A DNA stretch of 64,000 bases from an uncultured Phycisphaerales bacterium (GTDB taxonomy: Bacteria > Planctomycetota > Phycisphaerae > Tepidisphaerales > Tepidisphaeraceae): positions 2,208,001 through 2,272,000 of the forward strand of contig CAVWLP010000002.1 in NCBI GenBank assembly GCA_963755915.1. The letters run 5' to 3'. Each line of letters begins with the position of its first letter. The stretch's first letter is position 1. The position numbers and the translations under genes were made by a program. Shown here piece after piece: positions 29,124-40,083 of the stretch. Below the pieces are notes generated by a model. That model was not told where the DNA came from, searched no databases, and saw only the letters and a list, made by a program, of their open reading frames with translations.

Positions 29124-29176
29124 CCCCCACCCTTGCCCTCCCCCGGAGGACTGCGTCCCGCGTACCAGGGAGGGGG
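29124..29176 (+). repeat. REP-like element with a 14-bp insertion
   Basis: CCCCGGAG[GACTGCGTCCCGCG]TACCAGGGAGGGG. Confidence 0.65.
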
Positions 29177-29183
29177 AAGATCG

Positions 29184-30614
29184 CTACCGTTTGAAAAACG
29201 TCTTGCCCCGGCCGTTATATTTGCTGAGGCGGTTGTTGACGTAGAGGGATTCGAGCAGGAATTCGCCTACGCTGGCGAGCATGGCGGGGTCGGCGGCGTC
29301 GAGTTCCATTTCCTTGGCGAGTTGGGTGGCGCCCTGGGCCAGGCCCTTGATGGCTTTCATGTTGGCGACGAATTCTTCTGCCGGAAGGTCGTCGCCGGCG
29401 GGGAAGGTGAGATTTCCCTTGAACTGCTCGGTGATGTTTTCGTAATCCTCCGGATCGCCGTGGCGGGCGAAGACGGCCTTGACGGATTCGCCGACGAGGG
29501 AGCGAATGAGCTTGTCCTCGGCGCCTTCCTCCTCGGCGAGGGTCATTTCGATTTTTCCCCGGCAACTGGCGACGAGGTAATTCAGGTCGCACATGCGCGG
29601 GACGACGCGTTTTTCTTTGGTGGCCAGGGCGCGGCGCTCGGCGTTGCTGACCATGGTTTCCATGTTGGCGATGCTGGTGCGTACGGAAACGCCGGAGGCC
29701 TGCGAGACGTGCGGGCTGCTGCGGGCGAGGCGGACGACTTCTTCGACGATTTCGTTCATGAAGGCGGGGACGTCTACCTTTATGCCGGTGGTCGCGTCGG
29801 CGCCGCGGTCGAGCCAGGCGTTTTCCTGGGCGATTTGAATGCCCTCGGCGATGGTTTCGGGATAGTGGGTGCGGATGACGGAGCCGACGCGGTCTTTGAG
29901 GGGCGTGACGATTCGGCCGCGATTGGTGTAATCCTCGGGGTTGGCGCTGAAGACGAGGCAGACGTCGAGCTCGAGGCGGATGGGATAGCCGCGAATTTGC
30001 ACGTCGCGCTCTTCGAGGACGTTGAAAAGGCCGACCTGAATGCGCGGGGCGAGATCGGGCAACTCGTTGATGGCGAAGATTCCGCGGTTGCTGCGCGGGA
30101 TCAGGCCGTAGTGCATGGTGGATTCATCGGAGAGATAGCGCCCTTCGGCGTGCTTCACGAGGTCGATCTCGCCGATGAGATCGGCGATGGTTACGTCCGG
30201 CGTGGCGAGCTTTTCCTGGTAGCGGTCGTCGCGATGAACCCATTCGATGGCGGCGTCGTCTTTCTGCTCGGCGATGAGGCGCTTGCCGGTTTTGGTTATG
30301 GGGGCGAGGGGTTCGTCATTGATCTCGGTGCCGGCGAGGACGGGAATCCATTCGTCGAGCAAGTTGGGGAGCATGCGGAGAATCCGGGTTTTGGCCTGGC
30401 CGCGCAGGCCGAGGAAGAGGAGGTCGTGGCGGGAGAGGATTCCGTTGACGATCTGGGGGATGACCGAATCGCGGTATCCGACGATGCCGGGGAAAAGCTC
30501 TTCGCCGGCTTTGATCTTGCGGATGACGTTTCGCCGCAGCTCGTCTTTGACGGAGCATGGGTGATAGCCGGAATCTTTTAATTGGCCTACGGTTGCGGGA
30601 CGGGGGTGATTCAT
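29184..30614 (-). CDS. Mg-chelatase/sigma54-interaction-like AAA+ ATPase
   Basis: GLRGQAKT (Walker A variant), FAINELPDL, SANPEDYTNRG. Confidence 0.85.
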   Translation of the reverse strand: MNHPRPATVGQLKDSGYHPCSVKDELRRNVIRKIKAGEELFPGIVGYRDSVIPQIVNGILSRHDLLFLGLRGQAKTRILRMLPNLLDEWIPVLAGTEINDEPLAPITKTGKRLIAEQKDDAAIEWVHRDDRYQEKLATPDVTIADLIGEIDLVKHAEGRYLSDESTMHYGLIPRSNRGIFAINELPDLAPRIQVGLFNVLEERDVQIRGYPIRLELDVCLVFSANPEDYTNRGRIVTPLKDRVGSVIRTHYPETIAEGIQIAQENAWLDRGADATTGIKVDVPAFMNEIVEEVVRLARSSPHVSQASGVSVRTSIANMETMVSNAERRALATKEKRVVPRMCDLNYLVASCRGKIEMTLAEEEGAEDKLIRSLVGESVKAVFARHGDPEDYENITEQFKGNLTFPAGDDLPAEEFVANMKAIKGLAQGATQLAKEMELDAADPAMLASVGEFLLESLYVNNRLSKYNGRGKTFFKR

Positions 30615-30711
30615 CGACAGATCTTCTCCCAAAATGAGCCAGTCGATAATAGGGCGGGTGCGCGGGCAATCGCCACTGTGGGACGGAAAAACGTCAGACG
30701 GGGCCGTGTGG

Positions 30712-30951
30712 CTAGCCTGCGAGGGCGTATTGGGATTTTTTGCCCGATCGGCGGTTCTCAATAATGAGCTTTTTCACCCGCTGCGAGCCCAATTGCTGGT
30801 TTGCATTGAGCAATTCGATGCCGTAGACGCGGCCGTCGGGCCCGATGTCGACGTTCAACTCATCCGAAACTTCGATCGTTTTTACCTTCGCGCGTTTGGT
30901 GCGGAAGCGAATGTAGGCGATGTTGAATTCGGGATCGTAGGTCAAATACAT
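30712..30951 (-). CDS. DUF2283-like protein (putative antitoxin)
   Basis: YDPEFNIAYI...VDIGPDGRVYGIELLNA. Confidence 0.8.
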   Translation of the reverse strand: MYLTYDPEFNIAYIRFRTKRAKVKTIEVSDELNVDIGPDGRVYGIELLNANQQLGSQRVKKLIIENRRSGKKSQYALAG

Positions 30952-30964
30952 CGTCAGCCTCGAT

Positions 30965-31216
30965 TCAAAAATATTTCACGATTACCGTCACCACGAGCCA
31001 TCCACCGGGGATTGTAGCCGCAAACGCATCGATCTGCTTGTGCGCGTAACGGCTGCCGTTCCAGAGCTGGTCAAAGCGGAATACTCTGCGAAATCGTGTA
31101 CGCCCGAACTTGGCGATTGCCTGCCGGCCGCCGTCAACACATTGACGAACTTCCGCGACGGTTGCTCCTCGCTCTTGCATCCTGGTTCGAGCATGGGGCA
31201 AGATGCGAATCACCAC
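30965..31216 (-). CDS. DUF4258-like protein (putative RelE/BrnT-fold toxin)
   Basis: HARTRMQERG...WLVVTV; upstream of the DUF2283 gene. Confidence 0.7.
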   Translation of the reverse strand: MVIRILPHARTRMQERGATVAEVRQCVDGGRQAIAKFGRTRFRRVFRFDQLWNGSRYAHKQIDAFAATIPGGWLVVTVIVKYF

Positions 31217-31249
31217 TGGGTCGGCTCCTAAAGATCAAAAAGTCGCCGC

Positions 31250-31585
31250 CTACTCCTCCGGCGGCCGCATCCGTTTTCCGGCTTCGGTCCAGGCATCGGT
31301 GTACTTCGTTTTCGGTTCGCCCTGGTCTGGTTGCTGACCTTGCCCTGGGAAAAAGTATCGGCCGACGCGAAAAATCAGCATCCAGCAGAGGCCCAGGACG
31401 ATCAGGACGGCACACATCAGTAGCAGGGCGTGGATGCCGATCAATTTTTTGCCGGCTTCGTCGGCGGATTTGAAATCCTCCAGGGCGCGGAGGAGATAGA
31501 CTTTTGTCAGCATCGCCAGCAGGAAATAGGAGAGGGCCAGGAATCCGACAAAGGCCCAGATCGATCGTCCCAACCGTTGCGGCAT
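31250..31585 (-). CDS. Small two-TM membrane protein
   Basis: Two hydrophobic helices; C-terminal DAWTEAGKR. Confidence 0.65.
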   Translation of the reverse strand: MPQRLGRSIWAFVGFLALSYFLLAMLTKVYLLRALEDFKSADEAGKKLIGIHALLLMCAVLIVLGLCWMLIFRVGRYFFPGQGQQPDQGEPKTKYTDAWTEAGKRMRPPEE

Positions 31586-31600
31586 GATGGGTCCTTGAAA

Positions 31601-32575
31601 TTACGGGATCAGCCAGGGCACATCCGCGCGTGGGTTGAGGGGGTGCTTTTTGGCGATCTTGTCGATGGCGGAGCGGTCTTCGTCGTCGAGATTTTTGGGG
31701 ATGGCGATTTTCAGGACGACGATCTGGTCGCCTTTTTCTTCGCCGCGGTGAACGCCGTGGGCTTTGATGCGCAGCTTGGCGCCGCCGCTGGTTTCGGGGG
31801 GAATGGTGAGCGTTCGGGTGCCATCGAGGGTTGGGACGTCGACCTTTGCGCCGAGAATCGCTTCGTACATGCTGACGGGCAGATCGAGATAGACGTCGAG
31901 CCCATCGCGGCGGAAATAGGGGTGGGGGGAGACGCGGGTGACGATGTAGAGATCGCCGGCCTCGCTGGGGCCGGCCTGGCCGCGACCTTTTACACGGACG
32001 CGGCTTCCATCCTTGACGCCGGCGGGAATGCGGATGTCGATGGTCTCGATCTTTCCATCTCGGTTGATCTGAAGGGGCAGGTGCGTGCCGCGCGACGCCT
32101 GCTCGAAGGAGAGGGTGACGGGGTGTTCGATATCCTGGCCGCGCGGCGGGGGCTCGGCGCGGGTTCGGCCTCTGCTGCCGCGGGTGCGGCCACCGCCGCC
32201 GAAGAATTGTTCGAAGATGCTGCCGAAGTCTCCGCCTCCGGTGTCGAAATCTTCGACGCTGACGCCGGGCCCTCCCTGCCATTGCTGGCGGCCGGCGCCG
32301 CCGGCCTGGGCGCGGCGGTAGGCTTCGTAGGGGTCGACGCCGGGGGTTGCGCCTACGCCGGCGTGGCCGAACTCGTCGTAGTTCTTGCGCTTGGTGGCAT
32401 CGGAAAGGACTTCGTAGGCTTCCTGCGCTTCCTTGAATCGTTCGGTGGATTTCGGATCGTTCTTGGTTGCGTCGGGGTGAAACTTTCGCGCCATCTTCCG
32501 AAACGCCGACTTGATCTCGTCCGCCGACGCGGACTTGGAAACCCCCAGGACGTCGTAATAGTCTTTCTTGGCCAT
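31601..32575 (-). CDS. DnaJ-class chaperone without Zn finger (CbpA-like)
   Basis: DYYDVLGV, HPD motif, G/F-rich linker, DnaJ C-terminal domains. Confidence 0.9.
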   Translation of the reverse strand: MAKKDYYDVLGVSKSASADEIKSAFRKMARKFHPDATKNDPKSTERFKEAQEAYEVLSDATKRKNYDEFGHAGVGATPGVDPYEAYRRAQAGGAGRQQWQGGPGVSVEDFDTGGGDFGSIFEQFFGGGGRTRGSRGRTRAEPPPRGQDIEHPVTLSFEQASRGTHLPLQINRDGKIETIDIRIPAGVKDGSRVRVKGRGQAGPSEAGDLYIVTRVSPHPYFRRDGLDVYLDLPVSMYEAILGAKVDVPTLDGTRTLTIPPETSGGAKLRIKAHGVHRGEEKGDQIVVLKIAIPKNLDDEDRSAIDKIAKKHPLNPRADVPWLIP

Positions 32576-32869
32576 ATATTCTTTTGGCAATCTTAGCAGC
32601 GAATTGGATGGGGGTGAAAGGATGTTGTGGATTCGCGAGTTTTTGGCGCATAGGTCTTCTCCCCTCTCCTTCTACCCAGCTTGTCATTACTCACGTTTTT
32701 ATGGGGAAGCCGCGTAATTTGGGGAGAAAAGAAGAGAAAGAGTATTATCGGTTACGGTTTTGGTGACGAGAAGATGCGGCGGTTCGAATGTAACAGGCAT
32801 TTCCGCTGCGATGGCACATGGCTGTCCGGGTGACGTTCGGGGCGGCCTTGAGGTTGTTGGACGGGAAAG

Positions 32870-32950
32870 CACCGTGCGGTTCGACACAACTCACCGAAGT
32901 CAAGCACGGCGGCTACACGGGGAATTATGCTGTACCCAGGGAGAGGGGGT
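32870..32950. repeat. Composite REP: GTAG-type palindrome with a nested TTCGAC...CTCACCGAAG motif, next to half of a CCCTCTCCC-type REP
   Basis: Minus strand GTAGCCGCCGTGC...GCACGGTG; GTACCCAGGGAGAGGGG at 32932. Confidence 0.5.
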
Positions 32951-32958
32951 AAAGGCCG

Positions 32959-35746
32959 CTAATGATCGTCGTCGTCATCGTCGTCCGAGTCGGAGTGGTT
33001 CCCGGTCTGGCCAATGCCATCGGGAAACGGCACCCATGAACCCCTGGCGGCGTTCCAGAGAATGTGGTTGAGAAGGTCTTCGGGGCACTGGTCGGGCTGC
33101 GACAGCGGGAGGTCCGCAGACGCCAGGGCATATTGCCGCGTGAGGGGGTCGCGAATTGCCACGGGGGCGGGGTTCATTTCGTTGAGGAAAACATTTGGTT
33201 GCTCCGCGTCGTAGGGGGTGAAATCCGGGGTATCCGTGAAGCAATCGCTCATTGGAGTCGCCTGGGCGTCGAACTGGTTCATGGGGGGCAGTCCGAGGAT
33301 CAGCTCCATGGTGTGCATCAGGCCGGGCTGGGCGTAGTTGGTGTCAACGACGGCGTTTCGTTTGGTGTAGGGGCTGATGACGTAGGCGGTGGTGCGGAAG
33401 GCGTTCACGTGGTCCCAGCCGTCCTGGGTGTCGTCTTCGATGGCGAATATGCAGGTGTCTTTCCAGAAGGCACTGTGACTGACAGCTTCGACGACCTGCC
33501 CGACGGCGAGATCGTTATCCGCGACCTGGGCTTCGGGGGTTGGGGCGCCGTAGCGCGTGCCGGAGGTGTGATCATTGGGGAGCCAGAGGATGCACATATC
33601 GGGGAATGTTCCGGATTTTTCGAAGGCGTGGAGTTCGGCGATAAATTTCTGAGCGCGGACGACGTCGGGAATTTCAAGGGCCCATCCGACGGTGTCGGTG
33701 TCGAGATATTTGGCGAGCGAGGCAATTCCGGCGCACGAGCCGATGCGGGTGTTGTGGGTGCCGCGCACGTAGTCGTTGAGGTAATTGAGATAGCCGGGAT
33801 TCCAGTCGGGATGGGTGTCGCCGGCCCATCCGCTGGTGCTGAGGGTGAATTCGCCGTAATCACGGAGGGATTTTCCGTGGGCGGTGACGTTGTCCCAGAT
33901 GAATCCGCTGGAGGAGTAGGCCAGCGCGTCGAAGCCCCCTTCAGTCCCGCCAAAGGGGTAGCTGCGGGGAAAATTGGCGGCGAATGAGCGTTCGACGTAA
34001 TCGGTGCAGAAGGCGCTGTCGGCCCATTGATGGCCATCGGCGCTGATTGCGCCAGAGCAGTAGGTGTTGTCGAGAAGAACAAATTGCCGGCTGATTTTGT
34101 GCTCGTTGGGGGTTACCTTCTGCCCGTAAATGCACAGGGATGCGGCTCCGTTCCCTTCCGGCATGTCGCCGAGGACCTGATCGTACGTGCGGTTCTCCTT
34201 GATGATGTAGATCACGTGATTAAAGACGGAGGGTTCGCCGACGCGATCCGGCACCGGCTTGGGCAGGACATTGGGCGCGGGGGGAGGATCGAGGCGAGCG
34301 CGGCGCGGCGGCGGTCGTTCTCGAGGACGGTCTCGGTCATGATTTGCAGTTGCGTGGTGCTGGGGATGGGAATCAGCGAAAGGGTTCCATAAAACTGGAG
34401 GGAGTTAAATTTTGGCGGCTCATCGGGCGGCAATCGTTTTCCGGAACCGAGACCTTTGATGTTGGCGACGTAGATCGCGTTTCGGGCCGGATCGGAAACG
34501 ATGGCGCCGGGATACCATCCGGTTGGAATCAAACCGCGGAGGGTTGAACCGCCCTTGGAGACGTCCGGCGAGAAATCGATGACCGCCACGGCGTTTTGGG
34601 TGCCGTTGCAGGCGTAGAGCGTTGTTCCGGCCGCATCGAAAGCGAGGGCATTGGGGCTGGCGCCGAAAAAGTCTTTTGAATCCCAGCGCGAGCAGATGGT
34701 TTGAACCACGGTATCGGTGGAGCAGTCGATGATGCTGATGGTGTCGCTGTTGGCGTTGGCGACGGCGACAAATTTACTGTCCGGCGAGGCGCCAGGGCGC
34801 AGGCGTGCATGCCGGTGAGAATTTCCTTGATCGTCTTGCCGGTCTGAAAGTCGAGGACGGAGACCGATCCTTCATTGGCGATATAGCGCACGGGATCGAC
34901 CCGCACGGTGGCCCCTTCGCCGATCGGGCCCCTGGGCCCGGTGGCATCCACGCGCCGGCCGCCCCAGTTGCTGACGTAGGCTTTCTGCCCGACGATGAGA
35001 ACGTCATACGGGGCGTCTCCCACGGCCCACTGCCGGAGCCACTGGCCGGTTTGGGCGTCCATTTCCAGCAGACGATTGGAGACATTGAGCACGACATAGA
35101 GACGCTTCCCATCGGCGGAAGTCTTCAGGCCGGCCGGGACGTCGACGCGATGATATTGAAGCTGGGTATCGGGCAGTGGGAAAATATTCACGGGCCAGAC
35201 GAACTGGTTTTTGTCGACGCCGAAGACCTGGATGTTCCCCAAGCCGTTGGAGAGATAAATGTGCGAGCCGTCCGGCGAGAAGGTGAGGCCGGTGAAACTG
35301 GCGTCGGCATTTTGGTCCGGCTTGAGATCGTTTGCCGAGGGGGGGGCGGCGGCGCCGGGTTTCCTGGAGAAGAGGGGCAGATGCTGGAGAACCTTGCCCG
35401 TCGCGGGGTCAACCAGGACGAGCTCGTGAGTAATTCCGCAAGTCGCGAGCATCGATCCGTCGGGGCTGAAGGCCAGGACCTGGGGCCTCATGCCGGGCAG
35501 CTCGACTTGTGTTCCCGCCGGCGTGAGAAGCTGCTGCGTCGGGAGCATCGCGCCACCGGCGGCAAAGGGGTTCACCGCTGCGGTCGGATTCTTCTGGAGC
35601 CAATCGGCGTCGGAGCTGGGATCGGGCGCGGGCTTTTTGCAGCCAGACAATCCTGTCCAGGCCATGGCGGCCAATACGAACAGTCCAATCTTCCAGTTCT
35701 TCACCGGCAAGTTCCGAAATGACACTCGTGCCGTACTGCCATCCAC
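32959..35746 (-). CDS. YVTN/YncE beta-propeller + phosphoesterase (alkaline phosphatase superfamily) lipoprotein, frameshifts near 34275 and 34790
   Basis: LSGC lipobox, propeller repeats, IPTGWYP, YIIKENRTYDQVLGD, LPNDHT, EDDTQDGWDHV. Confidence 0.85.
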
Positions 35747-35898
35747 CCTTTTGTGCAGTGCTTCGTTTGGCCCGTCGGCTTTCGCGTTGGGGCTTTGGGG
35801 GAATCTTAAGGTTCGCTAAAGACTCCGTCCAGACCACCGGTGCGTCCTTGTTGTAACCCCAGCAACAGGCTAACATACGCCCAACCCGGAGAACCGAC

Positions 35899-36126
35899 TT
35901 GGCCAAATCTGAACCGATTGAAGTGGAAGCGACCGTCACCACCGCCTTGCCGAACGCGATGTTCAAGCTTCGGCTCGAGCAAGGGGGCGCGTCGCGGGAG
36001 ATCCTCGGTCACGTCTCCGGGAAAATGCGCAAGCATTTCATCCGCATCCTCCCCGGCGATAAGGTGAAGGTGGAACTATCCCCCTACGACCTCACCCGCG
36101 GCAGGATCGTTTTCCGGCAGAAATAA
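35899..36126 (+). CDS. infA: Translation initiation factor IF-1
   Basis: LPNAMFK...[31 protein letters not shown]. Confidence 0.97.
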   Translation: MAKSEPIEVEATVTTALPNAMFKLRLEQGGASREILGHVSGKMRKHFIRILPGDKVKVELSPYDLTRGRIVFRQK

Positions 36127-36206
36127 GCCGACCCGGGCCTCAGACATTCAAGCTGCGGTAAGTCGGTCTGTACAACCCCGCGCAATCGCTATACCTTTTT
36201 TGTCCC

Positions 36207-36767
36207 ATGCAAACCAACATCACCGGCAAAGCCTACGTGCTTGGCGACAACGTCGATACCGACCAGATCATCCCCGCGCAATATCTTTCGTATAACCCTT
36301 CCATCCCCGAAGAACGGAAATTTTTCGGCATGTATGCCCTGAGCAGCGTCCCGGACGGCCAGGCCGGGCTGCCCGCGGGCAATGTTCGTTTCGTCCGGCC
36401 CAACGAATTCAGGAGCGATTTTCAGATCGTCATTGGCGGGAAGAATTTCGGCTCCGGGTCCAGTCGAGAACATGCCCCCCTGGCCTTGGCGGAGGCGGGG
36501 TGCAAATGCGTCATCGCCGAGTTCTATGCCCGGATCTTTTTCCGCAATAGCGTCAATGGGGGATACCTGATTCCGCTGGAATCCAAATCGCGGCTGGTCG
36601 ACAAGGTGCGCACGGGCGACGAGCTGGAAGTCCGTCTCGATGAGCTGGTCGTTATTAACAAAACGCTGAACCAGCGGCATGAGCTTTTGCCGATCGGCGA
36701 TGCGCTGCCCATCATCGAGGCGGGGGGGATTTTTCCATATGCCAAGGCGGCGGGGATGTTGAAATAA
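36207..36767 (+). CDS. leuD: 3-isopropylmalate dehydratase small subunit
   Basis: DNVDTDQIIPA, NFGSGSSREHA, ARIFFRN. Confidence 0.9.
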   Translation: MQTNITGKAYVLGDNVDTDQIIPAQYLSYNPSIPEERKFFGMYALSSVPDGQAGLPAGNVRFVRPNEFRSDFQIVIGGKNFGSGSSREHAPLALAEAGCKCVIAEFYARIFFRNSVNGGYLIPLESKSRLVDKVRTGDELEVRLDELVVINKTLNQRHELLPIGDALPIIEAGGIFPYAKAAGMLK

Positions 36768-36788
36768 CAAAATGGGGATGTCGGCTCT

Positions 36789-38693
36789 TCACCCCTCGTT
36801 GAACTGTGGAAGAGAGGCGGCGATGGAGTTGATTGGGGCGGAGCCGGGGGTTGGGGGCCGTAGATGAGGCGGCGCTGGGTTTGTTCGCTGGGGCGGCGGA
36901 TGAGGAGGCGGATTCCGAACTGGGAGTCGTGCAAGGGCTCGGCGCCGAGGTAGAGCATGGGGAGGGGTTGCTCCTGATAGTTGGCCTGGATCCAGGCGAA
37001 GATTTTCTGGCCGTAGTCGCGGCCGAAGAAGCGCTCGCCGAATTCTATGGTGTCCTTGTGGACGAGGAAGATGAAGTCGGGGGGGGAAGAGCGGAGGGAG
37101 GCGAGCATCTGGGATTCGCCGAAGAGGAGGAGGTCGGGGGGATTGAAGTTGACGTAGGGAGTGGGGGTGGGGATTCGTGCTAAATAATTGATGATGATTC
37201 CTTCGGGGAAACAGGCGAGGGTTTTGCCGGGGGGGATTTGCTTCGCGGCGAGGACGGCGTTGTTGACGCAGATAGCGCGGGTGGGGTCGGCCCAGAATTG
37301 ATCGGGGCCGGAGCCGACGGAAGTGGTGAGCGGCTGCATGAAGATGTGGGTGAACCAGAGGTAGACAAGCAGCACGACGGTCCAGATGCCTGCCATGCCG
37401 GAGAGGAAAATGCCGGGGCAACCACCGAGGCGGCGAAGGCAGACGGGGATCCATTGGAAGAGGGTGACGATAAGGAGCATGACGGCGGGCATGGCCAGCC
37501 AGCAGCCGTAGTGGCTGACGCGTGCGTAGAGAATTATTTTGCTCATGAGGACGAGGCTAAAAACGCTGAGAATTGCAGGAAGCGCGCACTCTTTTGCGCG
37601 GCTCGTCGCCGAAATATCTGGGCAAGCGAGATGGCGACGATTGCGGCGATGACGAGCGGAAGTGGGCGGAATATTTGCCAATCGCGCTGGGACCAGTGCC
37701 AACCGGCGGCAAAAATGCCGATGAGAAATGCGACAAGGAGGGTGAGAGTAGAGCGGCGTGGAGCCGGCATTGCCGCCCAGGCGGCGAAGGCGGCGGTGGG
37801 AATGCACCAGGCGGCGGACCAGGCGAACATCAGTCGAAAACTGCGGGGGATGTCGTCGAGGCCCATGCTGTGAAGGTAAAAGTGCTGGGAGGAGACGTTT
37901 CCGCGGAGCAGGGCGGGCCACATGCCGAGGGTGCCGTGGAGGGCGGCGCTGAAGGGCATCGCCAATGAGAGGAGGAAGGCGCTGATCAAGGTGGGAAGGG
38001 GGAGGGTGAGGGCGAAAATCGCGATGGAGGGCGGAAGTTTTTTCCAATCGGCCGCGGCGAGGATGAGGAAGGCGATCGCGGCGGCGGCGATGAGGGCGAC
38101 GAAGAATTCGGCGCGGGTGAGGAAGACCAATCCTGCCAGGAATCCGGCGAGTGCGGCGATTGTGGATCTGGGTTTTTCGGTGAGGCGGTGGAGGGGGATG
38201 ATGCAGGCGAGACTCAGGAGCGTTGCGTGGGTGTAGTCGTATTCGTAGGGGCAGACGAAGTTGTAGTTGCCGGCGATGGTGAGGTGGGCGAAGGCGAAGA
38301 GGATGAGGAAAGAGAGAGAGCAGAGGGTGGCGCAGAGGCGACCGCCGAGGCGGTGGGCGAGGTAGTAGATGAGGATGATTGTGGCGATGAGGATGGGGAG
38401 GTTGGCGAATTCGAGGACGCGGAGATTGGCGCCGAAGAGACGGAAGGCGAGGGCGTTAAAGTAGACGGAGAGTGGGCCGGTGTAGTGGGCGATGTCGCGG
38501 TAGAGGACTTTTCCCTGGGAGAGTTGCCAAGGGACAAAGAGCTGGACGGCGAAGTCGACGAGGACGTCGGCCCATCGCTGCCAGGTCCAGATGAGCAGAG
38601 AGATGAAGGCGACGGCGAGGGCGGCGGGCGGGGCCCAGGGGCGCAGCCAGAGGGGATCTTGTTTGGACGAATCGGAAGCGGGGGGGAGGGTCA
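36789..38693 (-). CDS. Polytopic membrane protein, GT-C/ArnT-like glycosyltransferase; frameshifts near 37585 and probably 36872
   Basis: GKVLYRDIAHYTGPL, many TM segments, soluble C-terminal domain in the shifted frame. Confidence 0.7.
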
Positions 38694-38707
38694 TGGAGCG
38701 GGGACCA

Positions 38708-39997
38708 TCATACTGATTCGGCGGCGGAAGCGTCGGGTGGGAGAGGGAAGGAGCGCGCGTCGGTTGATTTGGCGCGGAGGGAAACGGTCCAGAGGAAAGC
38801 GGCGAAGATGATGACGGCGGCGACGAGGAAGGGGCCGGAGAGGCTGAAGTGAAAGGCGGCGGCGGCGATGACGGGGCCGATGACGCGGGCGATGCTTCCG
38901 AGGCCCTGGTTGAGGCCAAAGACGAGGCCTTGTTCGGAAGGATCGCTGGTGTGGGAGATGAGGGCGTAGAGTGTGGGGGTCTGGAGGCTGCGGCCGATGG
39001 CGTTGAGCGCGCCGCCGAGGAGGACGATGATGAGGAGCGGCTTGATGCCGGCGAGGGCGAGCAGGAGCATGGCGAGGGAGACGAAGAGGGGCCCGACGAT
39101 TGCCAGCGGCCATTCACCGGCGAGTTTGGTGAGGCGGCCGATGAATCCGCCCTGGACGGTGGCGATCATGATTCCGATGTAAGCGTAGTAGAAGCCGACG
39201 GCGCTTTCGGAAAAGTTGAAGGTTCGGTGGTCGCTGAGGAAGAGGGCGATCATGCTCTCCATCATGACGAAGGCGGCCATGCTGATGAAGGCGATGGAAA
39301 GAAGCTGGACGAGTTGGCTTTTTCGAAAGACGGGGATGAAGCGGCTGGGATGGAGCCAGCCGGCGGCTTCGGAGGGTTTGTGGACGCGGCTTTCCTGGAG
39401 GCGGAAGAAGGTCTGGAGCATGGCGATGAAGCTCATGAGTGCGGCGAAATAGCCGGGGAGGGCGGGGTGAATGGTGACGAGCAGAGCGCCGAGTGCGGGG
39501 CCCATGGCGAAGCCGACGCCGAAGGCGGCGCCGAGGACGCCCATTCCGCGTGCGCGGTTTGCTTTGGTGGTGACGTCGCTGATGTAGGCTTGTGCGGTGG
39601 AGATGTTTCCACCGGTGGTGCCGTCAATGAAGCGGGAGCAATAGATGAGGATCAGGGCGTAGGCGGGGTGTGCCCAGTGGAGGTTCATGACGATTCCCAG
39701 AAGGAGGTAGCCGAGGGAGCTGCCGAGCTGGGAGAAGACGAGGACGGGTCGGCGACCGAAGCGGTCGGAGAGGACGCCGAGGATGGGGGAGGCGACGAAC
39801 TGGCAGGCGGAATAAATCGAGAAGAGGAGGCCGACGTCGAGTGCGGAGGCGCTGTATTGCTTGGCGAAGAGGGGAAGCAAGGGGATGATGATGCCGAAGC
39901 CCATCAGATCGCAGAAGACGATGAGGAAGATGGTGAAGAGAGCGCCTGGGGGAGGGGCGTTGTCGGGCTGAGCGTCGGGAATTGCGGAGTCGGTCAT
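38708..39997 (-). CDS. MFS transporter (TetA/DHA1-like)
   Basis: GVLSDRFGRRP motif A, about 12 TM segments. Confidence 0.9.
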   Translation of the reverse strand: MTDSAIPDAQPDNAPPPGALFTIFLIVFCDLMGFGIIIPLLPLFAKQYSASALDVGLLFSIYSACQFVASPILGVLSDRFGRRPVLVFSQLGSSLGYLLLGIVMNLHWAHPAYALILIYCSRFIDGTTGGNISTAQAYISDVTTKANRARGMGVLGAAFGVGFAMGPALGALLVTIHPALPGYFAALMSFIAMLQTFFRLQESRVHKPSEAAGWLHPSRFIPVFRKSQLVQLLSIAFISMAAFVMMESMIALFLSDHRTFNFSESAVGFYYAYIGIMIATVQGGFIGRLTKLAGEWPLAIVGPLFVSLAMLLLALAGIKPLLIIVLLGGALNAIGRSLQTPTLYALISHTSDPSEQGLVFGLNQGLGSIARVIGPVIAAAAFHFSLSGPFLVAAVIIFAAFLWTVSLRAKSTDARSFPLPPDASAAESV

Positions 39998-40083
39998 CGG
40001 TTTGGGTTATAGCATCGAGCAAGACTCGGCGGAACGGGGCCGGTGGCGTAAAATGCCGCAGCACTAAATCACGAGGAGATTGA

